Shown: piece by piece, positions 23,677 through 36,496 of the stretch
How the letters are laid out: every line of letters begins with the position of its first letter
How positions within the stretch are numbered: the first letter of the stretch is position 1
Assembly (NCBI GenBank): GCA_000320545.1
Contig: ADNK01001696.1
Coordinates: forward strand, 1 to 42,447
From: Bigelowiella natans CCMP2755
Taxonomy: Eukaryota > Protista > Cercozoa
Direction: 5' to 3'
Length of the DNA stretch: 42,447 nucleotides
Notes under the pieces: generated by a model
What the model was told of the DNA's origin: nothing
The model's database searches: none
What the model saw: only the letters and a program-made list of their open reading frames with translations
Translations under genes and position numbers: made by a program

Positions 23677-25307
23677 TTACAAATCTGGCCTTTCCGACCC
23701 TTGCTCAATCACCGCCTGCTTCTTTCTATGAGTGCCATAAATAAAGGCCAAGAGCCCCATTAGAATGATGACCAATCCGTAGACCTCGGAGTCGTAAAAC
23801 GTTCCGGCTTTCGACCCCATTATGGTTTTGGAGGCAAGGAAGAAGTTCTGGATTGGGAGGGAGAGTGCTATCATTAGAAACATGAGTGTGGACCCTCCGT
23901 AGACGGTTACCAGCAGCTGCATTACTACAAAGAGCACCCCCAACGGCGCAAATAAGATGACGTATATATACGCAAACTTGCAGTTTTCTCTGCTAGAGGC
24001 GAATAGACACTGAAGTCCGCGTGTCATATCAGCGTCCCAGAGAGCGTCTATCCTGTCACCCTTGATGCCTTGTAGCGCCACTGACAGCGGCACATTCAAT
24101 ACTATACCTACAGCGTTCTCCAGTATTACTATAATGAGTATCTTCCGAAGCACGCTGAGTGCCCGACGATGATTTAGGGTTTTTTTTGGTCTTTGATGTG
24201 GTGGGGGTAGGTTGACCGCGTTCTGAATCTTATGTTCAGAAGCACTATCAGTTAAAACTTCATATTCCGCATCATCATCGTCGGCGTCTCGAAACGGGAG
24301 CACGAGCTTCTCGATCATTATATTTAGGCCCGCGGTTGGGATGCATGAGCAGAATAGCAATATGGCACCGAGCTGAGAGACACTGTTAGTATGTAAGCGC
24401 AAACCAAAAGCGACTCCTACTCCTCCCAGCACCGTAGCGATCCCAGCAAATTCGATGAGTGAGAACCGTGTTTTCAGCACAAAGATGCACAAGAAAGCAG
24501 AAAGAGGGATCACAGTTTGTTGAATTATGACGGCGAGGTTCGAGTTGCCTGAGCCCAGTATTTGAACTCCTGATGCAAATTCGGGTATAATTTGAGAAAC
24601 GTCACAACCACTCTGTCTTGATGTGCGGCTCGCGTGCAAATCAACGGCTCGGCGGCGGAATTTTATTTAACCGTAAGTTTCTGTATACCGACCTATTATC
24701 TGAAGGAAGTTCATTGCGCTGTTGAGGATGGCCAGCTGGATAACTGTCTTCACCAGTTGTAGGATTCCCCCTTGACCTTGCCTCAGAAATTGAAAGTAGT
24801 CTACCCTATGATCGTCCCATCGAAGTGCCAACGTTTCGGCCAAGAGGTACAACGATGGGACCACGACTGCCAACGCCATGTTTAGCTGATGAACAAAGAG
24901 CAATCACCTCACCATATTTCATACATCTTTGGAAGAATCGACAAGTGCGGAGACCTGGGTGACGAAGATCGGCGAGTCTTCAAATGCATAGAGCTCGCTA
25001 TACCTGAATTTAAAACCATTATTTGCCGTGCGTCCTGGCGACGATAGCTTGCAAGCTTTCGACTGATTCATTCTTTAAAACGGCATCTAATTTTCTTCCA
25101 AAAGGTGCTCTATTTCTACCCGGAGAAGGTGAGGGGCTTAGTTAGTACCAGACGCATGTCGAAACGATGGAGATCACCAGATCGAGGCCCAGCAGGAAGA
25201 AAAGGAAGTAGGAAGAGGAGGACGAGGAGGACAAGCTCTGCGAAAACGAACCACACCCCATCATGAGATAAAATTTGCTTGCACGACCCAATGTTTGACC
25301 CTACCAT
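23677..25307 (-). CDS. CRT-like (chloroquine-resistance-transporter-like, DMT superfamily) membrane transporter
   Basis: Model: 3-nt ATG exon at 25307, then SLSSSSSSYFLFFLLGLDLVISIVSTCVW|YSELYAFEDSPIFVTQ|LNMALAV...NFLQIIG|ASGV...IIQQTVIPLSAFLCIFVLKTRFSLIEFAG. It continues to GLQCLF..ENCKFAY (the CRT luminal Cys pair), LLVTVYGGSTLMFL..LSLPIQNFF and a last TM GLVIILMGLLAF. About 10 TM segments. Confidence 0.8.
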
Positions 25308-25830
25308 TGGAGGAGGAGAAGAGCAATCAATCGGCCCTCTCTCCGGTGCCCATCCTCAGATCCGACGGGGCTCTTCCGGGCTCTGAGTTCCATAATACAC
25401 ATACGGCTTGCCAGATCTATTGTCGCAGAGTTTAAATCTAATGGATTCCTCCCTTTTTAAGTTTTGTAAAACATGCTTAACGACCTATGATTGTGGGGTG
25501 CGACAATGTATATATGCGCAGAACGTAAGTAATACGAGGCAGGTACAAGAACTTCCTATTGAAGCACAACGGAGGTGGGAGGTAGTGTGAGGTAGTTGTG
25601 AGGTAGTTGAGCAGAATAATGACGAATGAGAGAGCGAATTAGGAACTTATTGATCCAGACGCTGAATCTATAGTTACCGTATGTGAATGAAAGGGGTTTT
25701 AGGAAGTGTCGGGGGACGGGGGGGGTCTTTCGATCGGATCAGCTTCCGTTTTCGCCGATGTTGTCCAGAGTTCATTCTAAATTTATGCCTACTGAGCCTC
25801 TCCCCGTCGTGTGCAGTTGCCTTGATAGTT

Positions 25831-26635
25831 ATGGAGTCGACCATTTACGATAGACGGCCCGTAGTTCTTGTACGGTTGCCATGGAAGCGGCCTTCATCCA
25901 ACCCTCCTCACGAATGGACCCAACAAGAAAACCTCAGACTTCAGGGGTGCGTTCGAATGGCAACCAACGATCGCAACGTCATCGACTGGCCTGTTGTCGT
26001 GAGGAACATGAAGATTCCTGCGGAGGTCTCTCAATGCTTGCAAAGAAGAGAAACATTTCTTGATCAAAAGAACATTAATGAAAATGATGGTCGTTTTTCA
26101 ATTCCCTCCCCGCCCCGCCCCATCCCATATTTCAGGAGTGTGTGAACCAATTTACATTCCTACAACTCGCTGAGTCGACAGCAGGCTTGTTTCCAAACTT
26201 AGATTCTGATGTTTCTACCGTGCCATCAAGTAATTCAGATGCTTGCTCTACGTCGTGCACGCGCACGTGAATTTGTGTGCTGTGTGTCATGTTAGCGTTT
26301 GCGACTTCATAACTCAAGCCGCCTTTATATGTTCAGATAAAACTGAACCCTCTGAAAGTAAGCAAGGCAAATCAGTTAAGTGTCAAAGTTGATGTATCTG
26401 CCGAAAGCTTTCGGCGAACGAGCAGAAAACATGACCTAATGCTGTTTATTTCATCATATTCGCGAGCAGGAAGGTACTCGAGGAGGTGGGAGCTCCGGAA
26501 CTAGCAGGGCATCTTTCATTAAGGAAACGATATCTCAACTCAAAAACGATTCTGTATTTAACTAGTGAATCGTCAGGAAGGAGCTGTCTTAAACTAGCAC
26601 CCCATCGATTCATTGACCTGGCGGTCTATCATTGA
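25831..26635 (+). CDS. Small protein with an Atg29 N-terminal-like (Myb-like) domain; 3' exon structure uncertain
   Basis: Exon 25831-26025 plus an exon from 26136 give VVLVRLPWKRP..PPHEWTQQENLRL...IDWPVVVRNMKIPAE|ECVNQFTFLQ. This resembles the Atg29_N pattern V.IRLP..R...PP..W.......L....IDW..L. The stop is at ~26564 or 26635 depending on phase. Confidence 0.55.
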
Positions 26636-26699
26636 GTATGCGTCGCCATGTGTGCAGCTTCGATGTAATGAAATGAATTCCGAATCAGTGACATCTGCA

Positions 26700-28000
26700 G
26701 ATACCTAGATATGTCTACATCACACCGTGAGCGCGGCCGACGGCGTCAGTAGCATGCTGACAATTGCAGCTTCCTTGCCTCCCATTCGGCCTATGTAGCA
26801 TCTAGCTCAACTGCATGCACATTTCGATTGTCATCGTCATTCTGACATCGCGCCTGAAAACAAAGTTGACCAGAATAATGTGGCGCAGAATGTCTTTCAC
26901 TAGTTCATGCTCTAGCTAGCTAGCAGACACTGCTAGACTGCCACACGTACGTGTGTGCCCACTAAATCTGAACATGCATGCATTCGCACTGCCTGTTCCA
27001 GCATGTCTAGCTGTGTGTGCAATGACTGCGGCCGCATGTGTAGCCGATGCTAGCGATGCCTTGTCATTGAGCTCATTCATTTTGTGAAGCAATGACGCCA
27101 TGCTAGCATGCTTACGACTTCATGACTTTCTATCGATCGATCGCCATCATTCATTCCAAGTGAACTCATCGCAATGTGTGACAGACTAGACAGAAGCGAC
27201 AGTCAAGCGTCTGCGCAGCTGGACAGCGCGCGTGGGGTGGCACGCTAGCATGCTAGCATGGGACATGCAGCTAGGTGCTGCAGTTTTCCCTTGCGCGCGC
27301 ATCACTTTTTTTGTTTTTGCTTTGCACAGTCATTGATTCTGGCATTCTAGCATTGTTAGATTGTGAAGTGCGATGCCTGCGTCACAAGCTGTCATCGTGC
27401 ATCGTCTCATGGCCATCTCATGCTAGCATGTATGGCAGCTTGAGATCTGTGGTCGGACAATTCGATCATGTCGCATGTGCGCATGATGCTAGTTCAGTGC
27501 ACATTGCACGTACAATCTGAAGCGTGTTGCAGCATGATGTTAATTTGGCATGTAGGTGCACAGGTACGTGCACGCTGCATGCGCATGCGAGTACCTCGAT
27601 CATGTTTAGCGCATGCAGCAGGGCATGCTGGTAGCATAGCACAAATTGTTTCAGGCATGTGTGACAGATTGCTGCAATTTGAGCACACATGACTTTCTAA
27701 TTGACTGCAGTTACGATGCGATATGTCTAAACATGTCTAGGTGTGCGCATCTGATCAATGGCAAGCCAACTTTTTTGCAATGTATGAATACAGTGGTATT
27801 GAATCTACACTGTGATTACAAAGACAGCGCTTCATTACCGCGCAGGACCTCATCATTGTTCACGGGCATATGCTGTTTTGCAACGCCTTGAACATTTATT
27901 TCTGGCAGAGCCTCAACACGAACGACGAATATGCGACGCTAGCAGATTTGGAATTCTCTGTTTTGACTGCTACATGTTTCCACAGGCCATGATCATGAAG
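26700..28000. other. TpA-depleted, CTAG-retaining island between convergent 3' ends
   Basis: Hand count for 26881-27480: 21 TA, 14 in CTAG. Dense CATG/TGCA/GCAT; CpG retained. Confidence 0.85.
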
Positions 28001-28080
28001 CGCGCCCATCTACCTTGCTATCTTCGTAGCGTTGGAGCTTGCTCGCAAAGGAAAGAAGGACACTGGCTTCCACCCCCTCT

Positions 28081-28632
28081 CTACTTGTGACCTTCCAGCT
28101 CTGGCGGGCAGCTCCACTGCGTTTTATTTGTGGAGGTGTTGTAGTAGTACGGTTTACCCTGAATTGAGGAGCGAGTAGAGAAGATTGGATCATTCACCAT
28201 TCAGCAAAACAAGAAAATGTACATAATATACTACATCTATAAATAATAATATTATTATACATCGTAACTCAGCATGGAGCCGCACCATGTTTGATTCTAC
28301 CCAAAACAGCACCTGCGAATAAAGTATTTGCCACACGCTCGACTTAGAAGCAGAGGCAGAGCCACCGCCGCCTCCTCTCGACGATGAGCCTTGCAGCAGG
28401 CATGCAGGCTTGTCCCACGTTGTCACTTGCGTTTTGACGTTGTAGAAGTACTATGGTGGTGAGGGGGGGGGGGGGGGGAGAAAGAGGAGGAGGAAAACCG
28501 GTTGAATTACTAACAGCAAGCGAAACAATATATATCCCTTTCGTTCTCTTTTTTCGTTTTTTCAACGATTGCACTTGTCGCACGACTTTCTGGATCTTTT
28601 TTTGTTTTTTGCTGTCAATGTTTTGCGGCGTG

Positions 28633-28664
<32 letters not shown>

Positions 28665-29015
28665 CAATTATATCATATGAATCAGGTAAACAGATGAAGG
28701 TGTCGCTCAGATCTGTTGCTTATCATACAACACGTCTCGGACCGACACGGTACTCTTGAGGAAGCTGCGGCACATGCATCCTCGCTATTCTCACCTCTCG
28801 CCCCTCTGGTGTCTTGTGTACTGTCCAGTCATCAGCCGCATCAGTTTTTGTCGGAGCGTTTGACTAAGGCCAGCGAGGGATTATAACACCAAAGAAAGTA
28901 ACCATGGGCGCGTGCAGCATAGGACGTCACGGCAAAGCGCAACGAAATTTGAAGCAAGAAATTCAAAAGATCATCCAGGGAGGGGAAGGGGGAAGGGGGT
29001 GAGAAAAACATTCAA

Positions 29016-29058
<43 letters not shown>

Positions 29059-29702
29059 CCGTAGACGCTCTTGGCGCATTTGTTTGGTTGTTGGAGGCGT
29101 TTGAAGTGAGGAGTGGTGACATGTCAACATCGCTCATACGCTCAACATAGTCCTTTGGAATCCACCCTGCATCATAAAAGAGAGGAGTGTGTTTGTTCTG
29201 TACAATTTACATGATTTGTCATGCCCCCCCCCCCTCCCCATGAGCGCTCGTGAAAACGAAAGGAGAACGCGCAGGAGAGAGGATAGAGAACATCTAGCGG
29301 AACAAAATTCACAGCAGTGCTTACCTTGCTTATCGTTTACTCCTGTGGCCAGGCACCACCTTCGATGACGACGACGATAGTGAATTATGATGATGACGAG
29401 GATGATGATGATGATGATGGGCGTCGCACATTCAAGTGACAACATTTCAAAATAATTCAAAAATGATTTCAAAATAATTCAAACTATTACACATTTATTG
29501 CCGACGCGCAGATATTACAAGCAAGGATGCTTGCGATTATGTGTATGTGTGTGTGTGTGTGTGTGTGTGCGTGTGTGCGACCCTTGCTGATTGATTTCCG
29601 TAATTATGACGATGTCGTACTTGTTCACGGGCAACGTCGTTCCCTGTACAACATCGTTTCGATGAGCAAACGATCAAACATACCCACACGCACAAACACA
29701 AA

Positions 29703-29749
<47 letters not shown>

Positions 29750-32700
29750 AACACACAAACACACGCGCTGTCTGCCATTCACCGTACATATACACATGCG
29801 ACGATGATGCCTTTTCCTACCGAATAGGCGCCGCACTAGCTATTTTGTTTTGCTTTCTGCTGCTGTTGTTGTTGTTGTTGTTGTTGTTGTGAGTGTTGCG
29901 AACCGATGAAGGATCGTTGTATGCTACGACGACTTGACCATCAAAGGGAAGACCGCTGCCCAACTGCTTGGAGGCACTCACTTCTTGCAGTAACACCTGC
30001 GTCGTAGAGAAAGAGAGAAAGAGAGAATGAGGCGAAGGGGGGCGGGAGGAGGAGGAGGAAGGAAAAATGTGACGTTCTTGGTTTTAGAACCGCCATATTG
30101 CTCTATATGAAATCTATTGAATTCGAAAAGCCTTCGGCCTGATCTCAACGGGAAATAACCGAGTTATTTTGTCCTGAGAACAAGCTGGCTAAAGAATAAA
30201 TCCTCGGTCGCAGCTCTTAGACAAAAAATCATCGGTGAAGTTTCTAAACTCCCTCTCTCGCTCACTTATCGTGTTAGACCGGCTTAAGAAGGAATGCAGC
30301 AGCAGCAACAACAAGGGAATTGACAATATTGGTTGGTCTATCTATCAGCACCTTGCTCTTCACAGGCGCCATATTTCGTGTTTCATCGAAATCGTACATA
30401 AATACCCACCTGATGAAGAGGGGAAAGAAGAAAAGAAAGTGAGGGGAGAGGGGGGGGAGATAGAGAGGACGAAAAAACAGATTATTATCACCATCTTTGT
30501 TCTTATAACTCATCCTTATTGGGCATATCATAGAGCCGAAAGCCAACCCCCCTCCCCCACTGCCCTTCCTCCTCCTCCTCCTCCTCCTCCTCCTCCTCCT
30601 CCTCCTCGTTCGCATCAGCAATACCCTGGCCGATCTTTTAGTTTAAGATATATGTTCCCATCCGATCCCTCTTGGATCTCGTTGATCTCGAAGGTCTGAA
30701 GCATAGCGGGAAGAACGTAATAGCAGTATTCTCATTAAATTATTCGCTTAAAAATACAGACTTGAAATAACGACGCTGCGGCAGCACAGAGAAGCAGCCA
30801 CGGAGAGGGCTAAGGTGTCATTGCGAGTAGTTATTACGTGTAGGCTGGATGTGATAGATACCTTCGATTTGTCGATTATTGTCGGCAACTTCGCAGATCG
30901 GATGTCCGGCAGCGACCGCACACGCACGCTTGTGTACCTGGCGACGATGATGATGACGATGATGATGATGACGATGATGATGATGAAGCGCCAAACAAAG
31001 GCAGCGCGGCGGTGAGAACCATCGGTCGGAAGGAAGGACGCAGGGGGGGGGTAAAGGGGGGGGGGAGGTCCAAAGGAGAGAAAGAGCAGCCCAGAATACC
31101 AGATTTACTCAATTTTTTTAACACGAAGACATTCTATAATCTTGGATTCCCTTTCTATCTCGCCCCCCTCCCCCCTCCCCCCCCCCATCCCCATATCCTT
31201 ATTTCTCTGCTACGATATACCACACCACTGATCTATGGGGTGGTGGTTAAATGGCATACTTGCACTCCTTAGCGACTCTAAATAGCTTTGTCTCGCTGGA
31301 TATGATACGTCCCTTTGGCTGCTGCTGTTGCTGCTGGAACATCATCCCCCCCCCACCTCTCTGACCGAACATCATGCTGCTGCCAGCTTGGTGGGGCCGC
31401 TGTTGTGGTGTTGGCAAGAGTGGGGGACCCCTGCCTCCTCCTCCTCCTCCTCCCAGTGGAGGGCCTTGCCCCATCATGCGTTGGGGGGGGAGGATTGTTA
31501 CCATGGAAGGAAGGCTTCATTCCTCCGCCAAACGGACCTGGAGGCGCCCCCCGCGGAAGGGGGGCATGCCTCTGCCGGCCCCTCCCCTCCCCCCGAAGGG
31601 ACCCCCTCCTCCGGGAATTCGTCCCCGCTGGTGGGTGGGAATCTCATCGCTCTCGACGGATGGATATCGGAGGGGGGGGGGGGGGCGTCCCCCCGCATCA
31701 TCTTGCTAGGCCCCTGGGCTGGCATGTTGTTGTTTGGCTACGAGGAGGTGGGGGAGGGGATGGGAAAAGGAAAGGCGCATGGACATTCAGTGGAAGTTGT
31801 AAGGCATCATATGGACGATAAAACGGGGGGGAGGCGAGGGGGGGGGGGGGGAGGGAAACGAGGGTGGCATCCTCCGCCCGATCTCAGCCTTTTCACACAA
31901 TCATCATGCATATATGTGCACGGCAGCTACTGCTATGTCACTACAACGTTTTGCTTGTCGAATTCATCATCATCTTCCCCCCCATCATCATTATCATCAT
32001 CATCATCATCCTCAGTTCAAAGAGGAAGAGTGGTGGGGGGGGGGCTAACATAACAACATCACATCAGTATAACCCACTTGCAGGGGTCGTTTCAGCCCGC
32101 CAGCGCCTCCATGAAACGGTGGAGGGGGCTGTTGTCGCGGAGGTCCTCCGCCCCCGAAATACGGCGGGGGACCCCCTCCACCGGCAGCAGCTGCGGCTAC
32201 TGCAGCAGCCGAGCCTAGAGGCGGCATTCCTCCTCGATGATGCATAGGAGGAAATCGAGGGGGGGGGAAACCACGCCCACCCATTCTGACAACAGTGGTT
32301 GATGACATTAGTGATAGAAATAAGATGCTTTGCTTTCACGCATTCGCATGTGATTGCATCCCCATACCCCCCCCCCCCCTTTCTCTTTCTGTCATAGTTC
32401 ATAACAACGCAAAAACAGCCGAATCTTTCACTCTGACACACACACAAACACCGTAAAACAACCGACCCCATCATCATTCTGCCTCGAAATCCCCCCACGG
32501 GGCCGCCTAGATGAAGGGGAGGGGAGGCCAAGATGCAAGCAAAACTCATCAGCATTTTTTAAATCGACACCATGAAGGAGTTCCACATGCCTACGTTCAC
32601 CCTCCCCCCCCCCCCCCCCCCCCCTTATTACCTCTAAACGGTGGAGCTCCAAACCCTCCTCTTGGTCCGAACCTGCCGCGCCCTGGGGGCATCATCCTAC

Positions 32701-34414
32701 CGCCCATAAAGCCTCCCCTTCCCTGATGATTGATGTTTGTGCGGCAAAGGAGGCCAGTCACGATTTTTGGACAACAGGATTAATTAATAGCATGCCGTGG
32801 TTTCCGATGAGAATTTGCAAAGTGAGTGGCAATTGGCTGTACCTGCATTCCCCTGCCGCCGAAGAATGGTGGAAATCCATGCCTTCCCCGTCCGAAAGGG
32901 GGGGGGACGTATGGACGCGGCGGTCTTTGATGAGGCATCATGTTTGGTGGAGGGTTAGCCCTTGGCAACGTTTGGCTAGGAGAAGGCTGCTGTTTTTTCT
33001 CGCTGCTGCTTGTTGGAGCAGCTGCATCTGATTTCTTTGCGTCGCCTTCATTCTTCGTCCCTTCCGACTTGTCTTCCTTCTTCTTGCCCCCCTCCTTCTC
33101 TTTTTTAGCATCGCTCACTGCTGCTGCATCCCCCCCTCCATTTGTGGCGTTATCGGCCGGTTGTTCCCCCGAGCTTTTGGCCTCACCTTCTTTCTTCTTT
33201 TCGTCTATATTATTCATCTGCTCCGAGGAGGTGTTTTCCTCCTTCTTCTCAGTCTCTGGTGGGACTGCATTGCTTCCCACCTCGCATGTTTTCGCGCCTG
33301 TTTCTTTTTCCGCATCATCATCATCATCATTCTTTTCCTTCTTCTTCTTGGCGGTTTCATCTTCTACTACCTTTGCCCCTTCATTATCAGCGCTTTCGAT
33401 TGCGGATGCCCCCCCCTCTCCGGCAGCAGCATCAGCAGCATCAGCGTTGTCCTTCTCTTCCTCCTCCATAGCAGGTTCTTTCTGTTTATCCAGTGGGCTT
33501 GTTGCTGCAGCATAAGAAGATTGTTTGCTCAGATTCGAGTTTATCATTTACCGATTCACAATCACCATCAGCATTGATACTATTATCATCACCCGGTTGA
33601 GGTTCTTCCTCCATCTTATCCTTTCCATCTCTCTCCTCAGACTCTTCCTCCCCCTCCTTTGGATCTTCCTTCGTCTCCTTTTCAGCCTCCTCCTCCTCCT
33701 CTTGCATCGACGAAAACAATCGTTCCACCTATCAGTTAAGAATCATACTAAGAATGCCTCGCAACGTCGCAGGGGACGAAATCCCAGCATTTGCTCATCC
33801 CAGTGATTCCCACATTCTTTATTCGGTTCATTGCGATCACGACGGTGCTTGGGGACAGTATTAGTCGGTTGCCGAAGATACATAATAGCGCTCGAAGAAG
33901 CACACAGATGTCTGTCTTCTCCGTCTCAATAATGTATGTTGATATTATATGATATTATATAAAATACGCGTGCGCTGGTACAGATCGCATAATGTGAATG
34001 GATTATTCTGATGACAACCAGCTGTTTCTTTCGGCCTGTAGCATCCATGCCGCTCTTCCGAAGTAGAGCTCTCAACTCCTTAACCTAAGGCGGGGGAATA
34101 AAATACATCAATTGCCTCCAGCAAGCCGTTGAGATGAATCTTGCTTTTGAAGCACTCACATACGTGTAGACATTTCCGCTATATTGTGCTTAGGCGTGTG
34201 CTGACGTCGTAGTGAAAACTGTTCTTACCTTCAATGCCTGCAGCTGCTCGAGGGTCATCTTTTCTTGTTCCTGGTTCTTCGCAGGTTGATCTCCTACCGT
34301 TTTGCTTTCGTCCTGCTGATCCACATTTTCTCCTATGGCCTCTTCACCGCCCCCACCTTCTCCTTCTTTTACTCCTTCGGTGCCATCAGCATTTTCGTAC
34401 TCACCAACTATTTC

Positions 34415-34456
<42 letters not shown>

Positions 34457-34484
34457 TATATTATGTGTGTGTGTGTGTGTGTGT

Positions 34485-34525
<41 letters not shown>

Positions 34526-34575
34526 CCTCTCTCTGTATGTGTGTGTAACGAGATGGTGAAGAACGCCATATCTTA

Positions 34576-34614
<39 letters not shown>

Positions 34615-34666
34615 TATTATAACTTTTATTCTATCCCTTCTTCCCTCCCTCCTCCCTATTAATATA

Positions 34667-34716
<50 letters not shown>

Positions 34717-35811
34717 ATGCTTTTCTATGTGTTGTGTGCTGTGTCGTGTCGTGTGTGTGTTGCCATGTTATTCCAGGCTTGCACTACCCAAAGGCGCTGA
34801 AACTCCTCCGACTTCATGAACATCTTTCGTTCTCTTTTCACTTGGCATGGCCACAATTTGGGGTGCACAAATTCCCCATCTCTGATCAAAAAGTCGATGG
34901 CAGGGAACCTGCTCGAGATGGTGGGGGGGGGATCGTGAGGCAGCTTTAGCGTCATCCTAATACGGCATGATGGGGATATTGTGTTTTCAAGCTTACTTTT
35001 TCTTGGATGGCGAACGCTTGTAGAAAACGTGCTCGGTGCTGTAGGTAGCAAACACACCTCCGTAAGGTTTCTCACGAAATGGGGGACGGGGGGACAAAGC
35101 ACATACGGTGGCACACTCGGCACATCGCCTACGATTGCGTGGTAGATTCCATTGACCATAATCGGGCCCTGCGAGATTTCATATGGAGTTATGAGATGAT
35201 GTGAATAAATGTTGATCGTAGTTTTACCTTAGAAGCGGATTTACGTCTGCCATATCCACGCGTAACCTCGAATACGCGAAATCTTTCCCCCGGAGCACTA
35301 TCTTCCCCCGCTCGCATACATAAGAATTCGCCCGCTTTGACAGCAGGAGGCGCCGCAGCCATGTCACACCGTATTAACTGGGACTCGTTTTCTGCTTCGA
35401 CGGAGGACTCTCAGGGGTGTGCGCGCTGATGCAGCTGAGAACTACAATTGGGTTGGTTCCGCAATGAGGTCAAGCTCTGATGGGATTACAAATCTCCAAG
35501 TGGATTATCATGTGCGACAACATATTTTCACCAGAATCACAATAAAATCACAACGAGAATCCGCAGCGGCCCAAAACCCTCCTGCTGCAGGGTGCGACAT
35601 TAATTCTTCCATGTCGTCGTGTCGATATTTGTGTCGCATTTGGACACGAAGCTTGGAAAAGATTCGCTACGATGAACTCCGGGAGTAAATAGCTGCTACG
35701 ATCAATATTGCCCGAGCCAGCCGTGGTTATCCGAGGTTGACTGCTTCCCGAAACAAACCTCTTTTCATCATAGAAACTTCTAAAATTATTTTTCCTGAAA
35801 TTTCCCTGCAT
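28081..35811 (-). CDS. Large multidomain scaffold: N-terminal globular region, acidic region, SAP, acidic and Gly/Pro/Arg-rich low complexity, SH3b-like, SH3, two WW domains
   Basis: SAP: VKELRALLRKSGMDATGRKKQL|VERL (~34083-33717). SH3b-like: VRVRSLPDIRS...|TFEINEIQEGSDGNIYLKLKIGQG|WVF (~30937-30350). SH3: VVVAYNDPSS|GTTLPVNKYDIVIITEINQQG|WCLATGVNDKQG|GFQRTMLS (~29940-29137). WW1: DWTVHKTPEGRE|YFYNVKTQVTTWDKP. WW2: WQILYSQ|GKPYYYNTSTNKTQWSCPPELEGHK* (stop 28081-28083). The start at 35811 and the single-gene model are inferred. Confidence 0.7.
34418..34545. repeat. Compound (TA)n-(TG)n-(TC)n intronic microsatellite
   Basis: Directly visible. Confidence 0.95.
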
Positions 35812-36027
35812 CCTGTCGCAGAGAGAACGAAGTACCGAGGCTAAACGCTTGTGTTTTTTTTTTTCAAGGTTTTGCTCGTGGAGACGAGAACAGCAGCGAA
35901 TGGTGAGGATATTGTCCCTGCGACAACCAAATATTACGTTTCACGAATAAAAATTCGCTCCCCTTCGTATACATCTCCTAGCAGAAGAGATTCTCTGCAC
36001 GAGAAAAGCCTGTAGCTTGCTTGGACA

Positions 36028-36451
36028 ATGCTGTGTGGAGGCTCACGGCGCGTACGGAAGAAGGATAACTACAATGACGGTGAGTAAATATATTCTGACC
36101 TTGGGTGGGGGAGGGATATGCTGAGGGGTATTCTATGTAGCTTAGCTGGGAGCTCCTTTACTCCTCCTGCCAATGCCAACCTCACTAATTGTCACCAAAA
36201 TTAGCTAAAGGTGGCCTCCAGACCCCGTCGTCGTTTCGAAGCGCAAATACCTCCATGGTAGCTACATGCAGCTGATATGAATCCACCCCCAAGTATAATC
36301 TTCCTTGAATTTATCTAACTTGCGCCAGGCCAAGCTACGCGAGCTGACAGACAGGATCTTCGACCCGAACATAATGGAGACTGCCCCTAGCGGTGAGGAG
36401 GCGAAGTACAGCGATCAAAAGGCCTCCAAAGAACTCTACGTACCGCGGTGA

Positions 36452-36496
<45 letters not shown>

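Noticed and set aside
25575-25612. tgaggtagttg short tandem repeats resembling the let-7 seed
   Set aside because: A simple degenerate tandem duplication with no precursor hairpin.
26916-27891. His/Cys/Ala/Met-rich ORFs in the TpA-poor islands (also 4948-5634 and 11354-11626)
   Set aside because: Loss of TAA and excess CA/TG create spurious ORFs in several frames, with no splice logic or motifs.
29446-29482. Short direct duplication tttcaaaataattcaaa x2
   Set aside because: Local intronic slippage with no spacer array or element ends.
30000-30350. RRM exons requiring GA/GC donors
   Set aside because: A single GT-AG intron (KSK|VLLQEV) joins SH3b to SH3 in frame, and the alternative needs several non-canonical sites and hits stops.
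31315-33806. Long plus-strand ORFs (e.g. 31328-32053, 32940-33515)
   Set aside because: Antisense shadows of low-complexity minus-strand exons.
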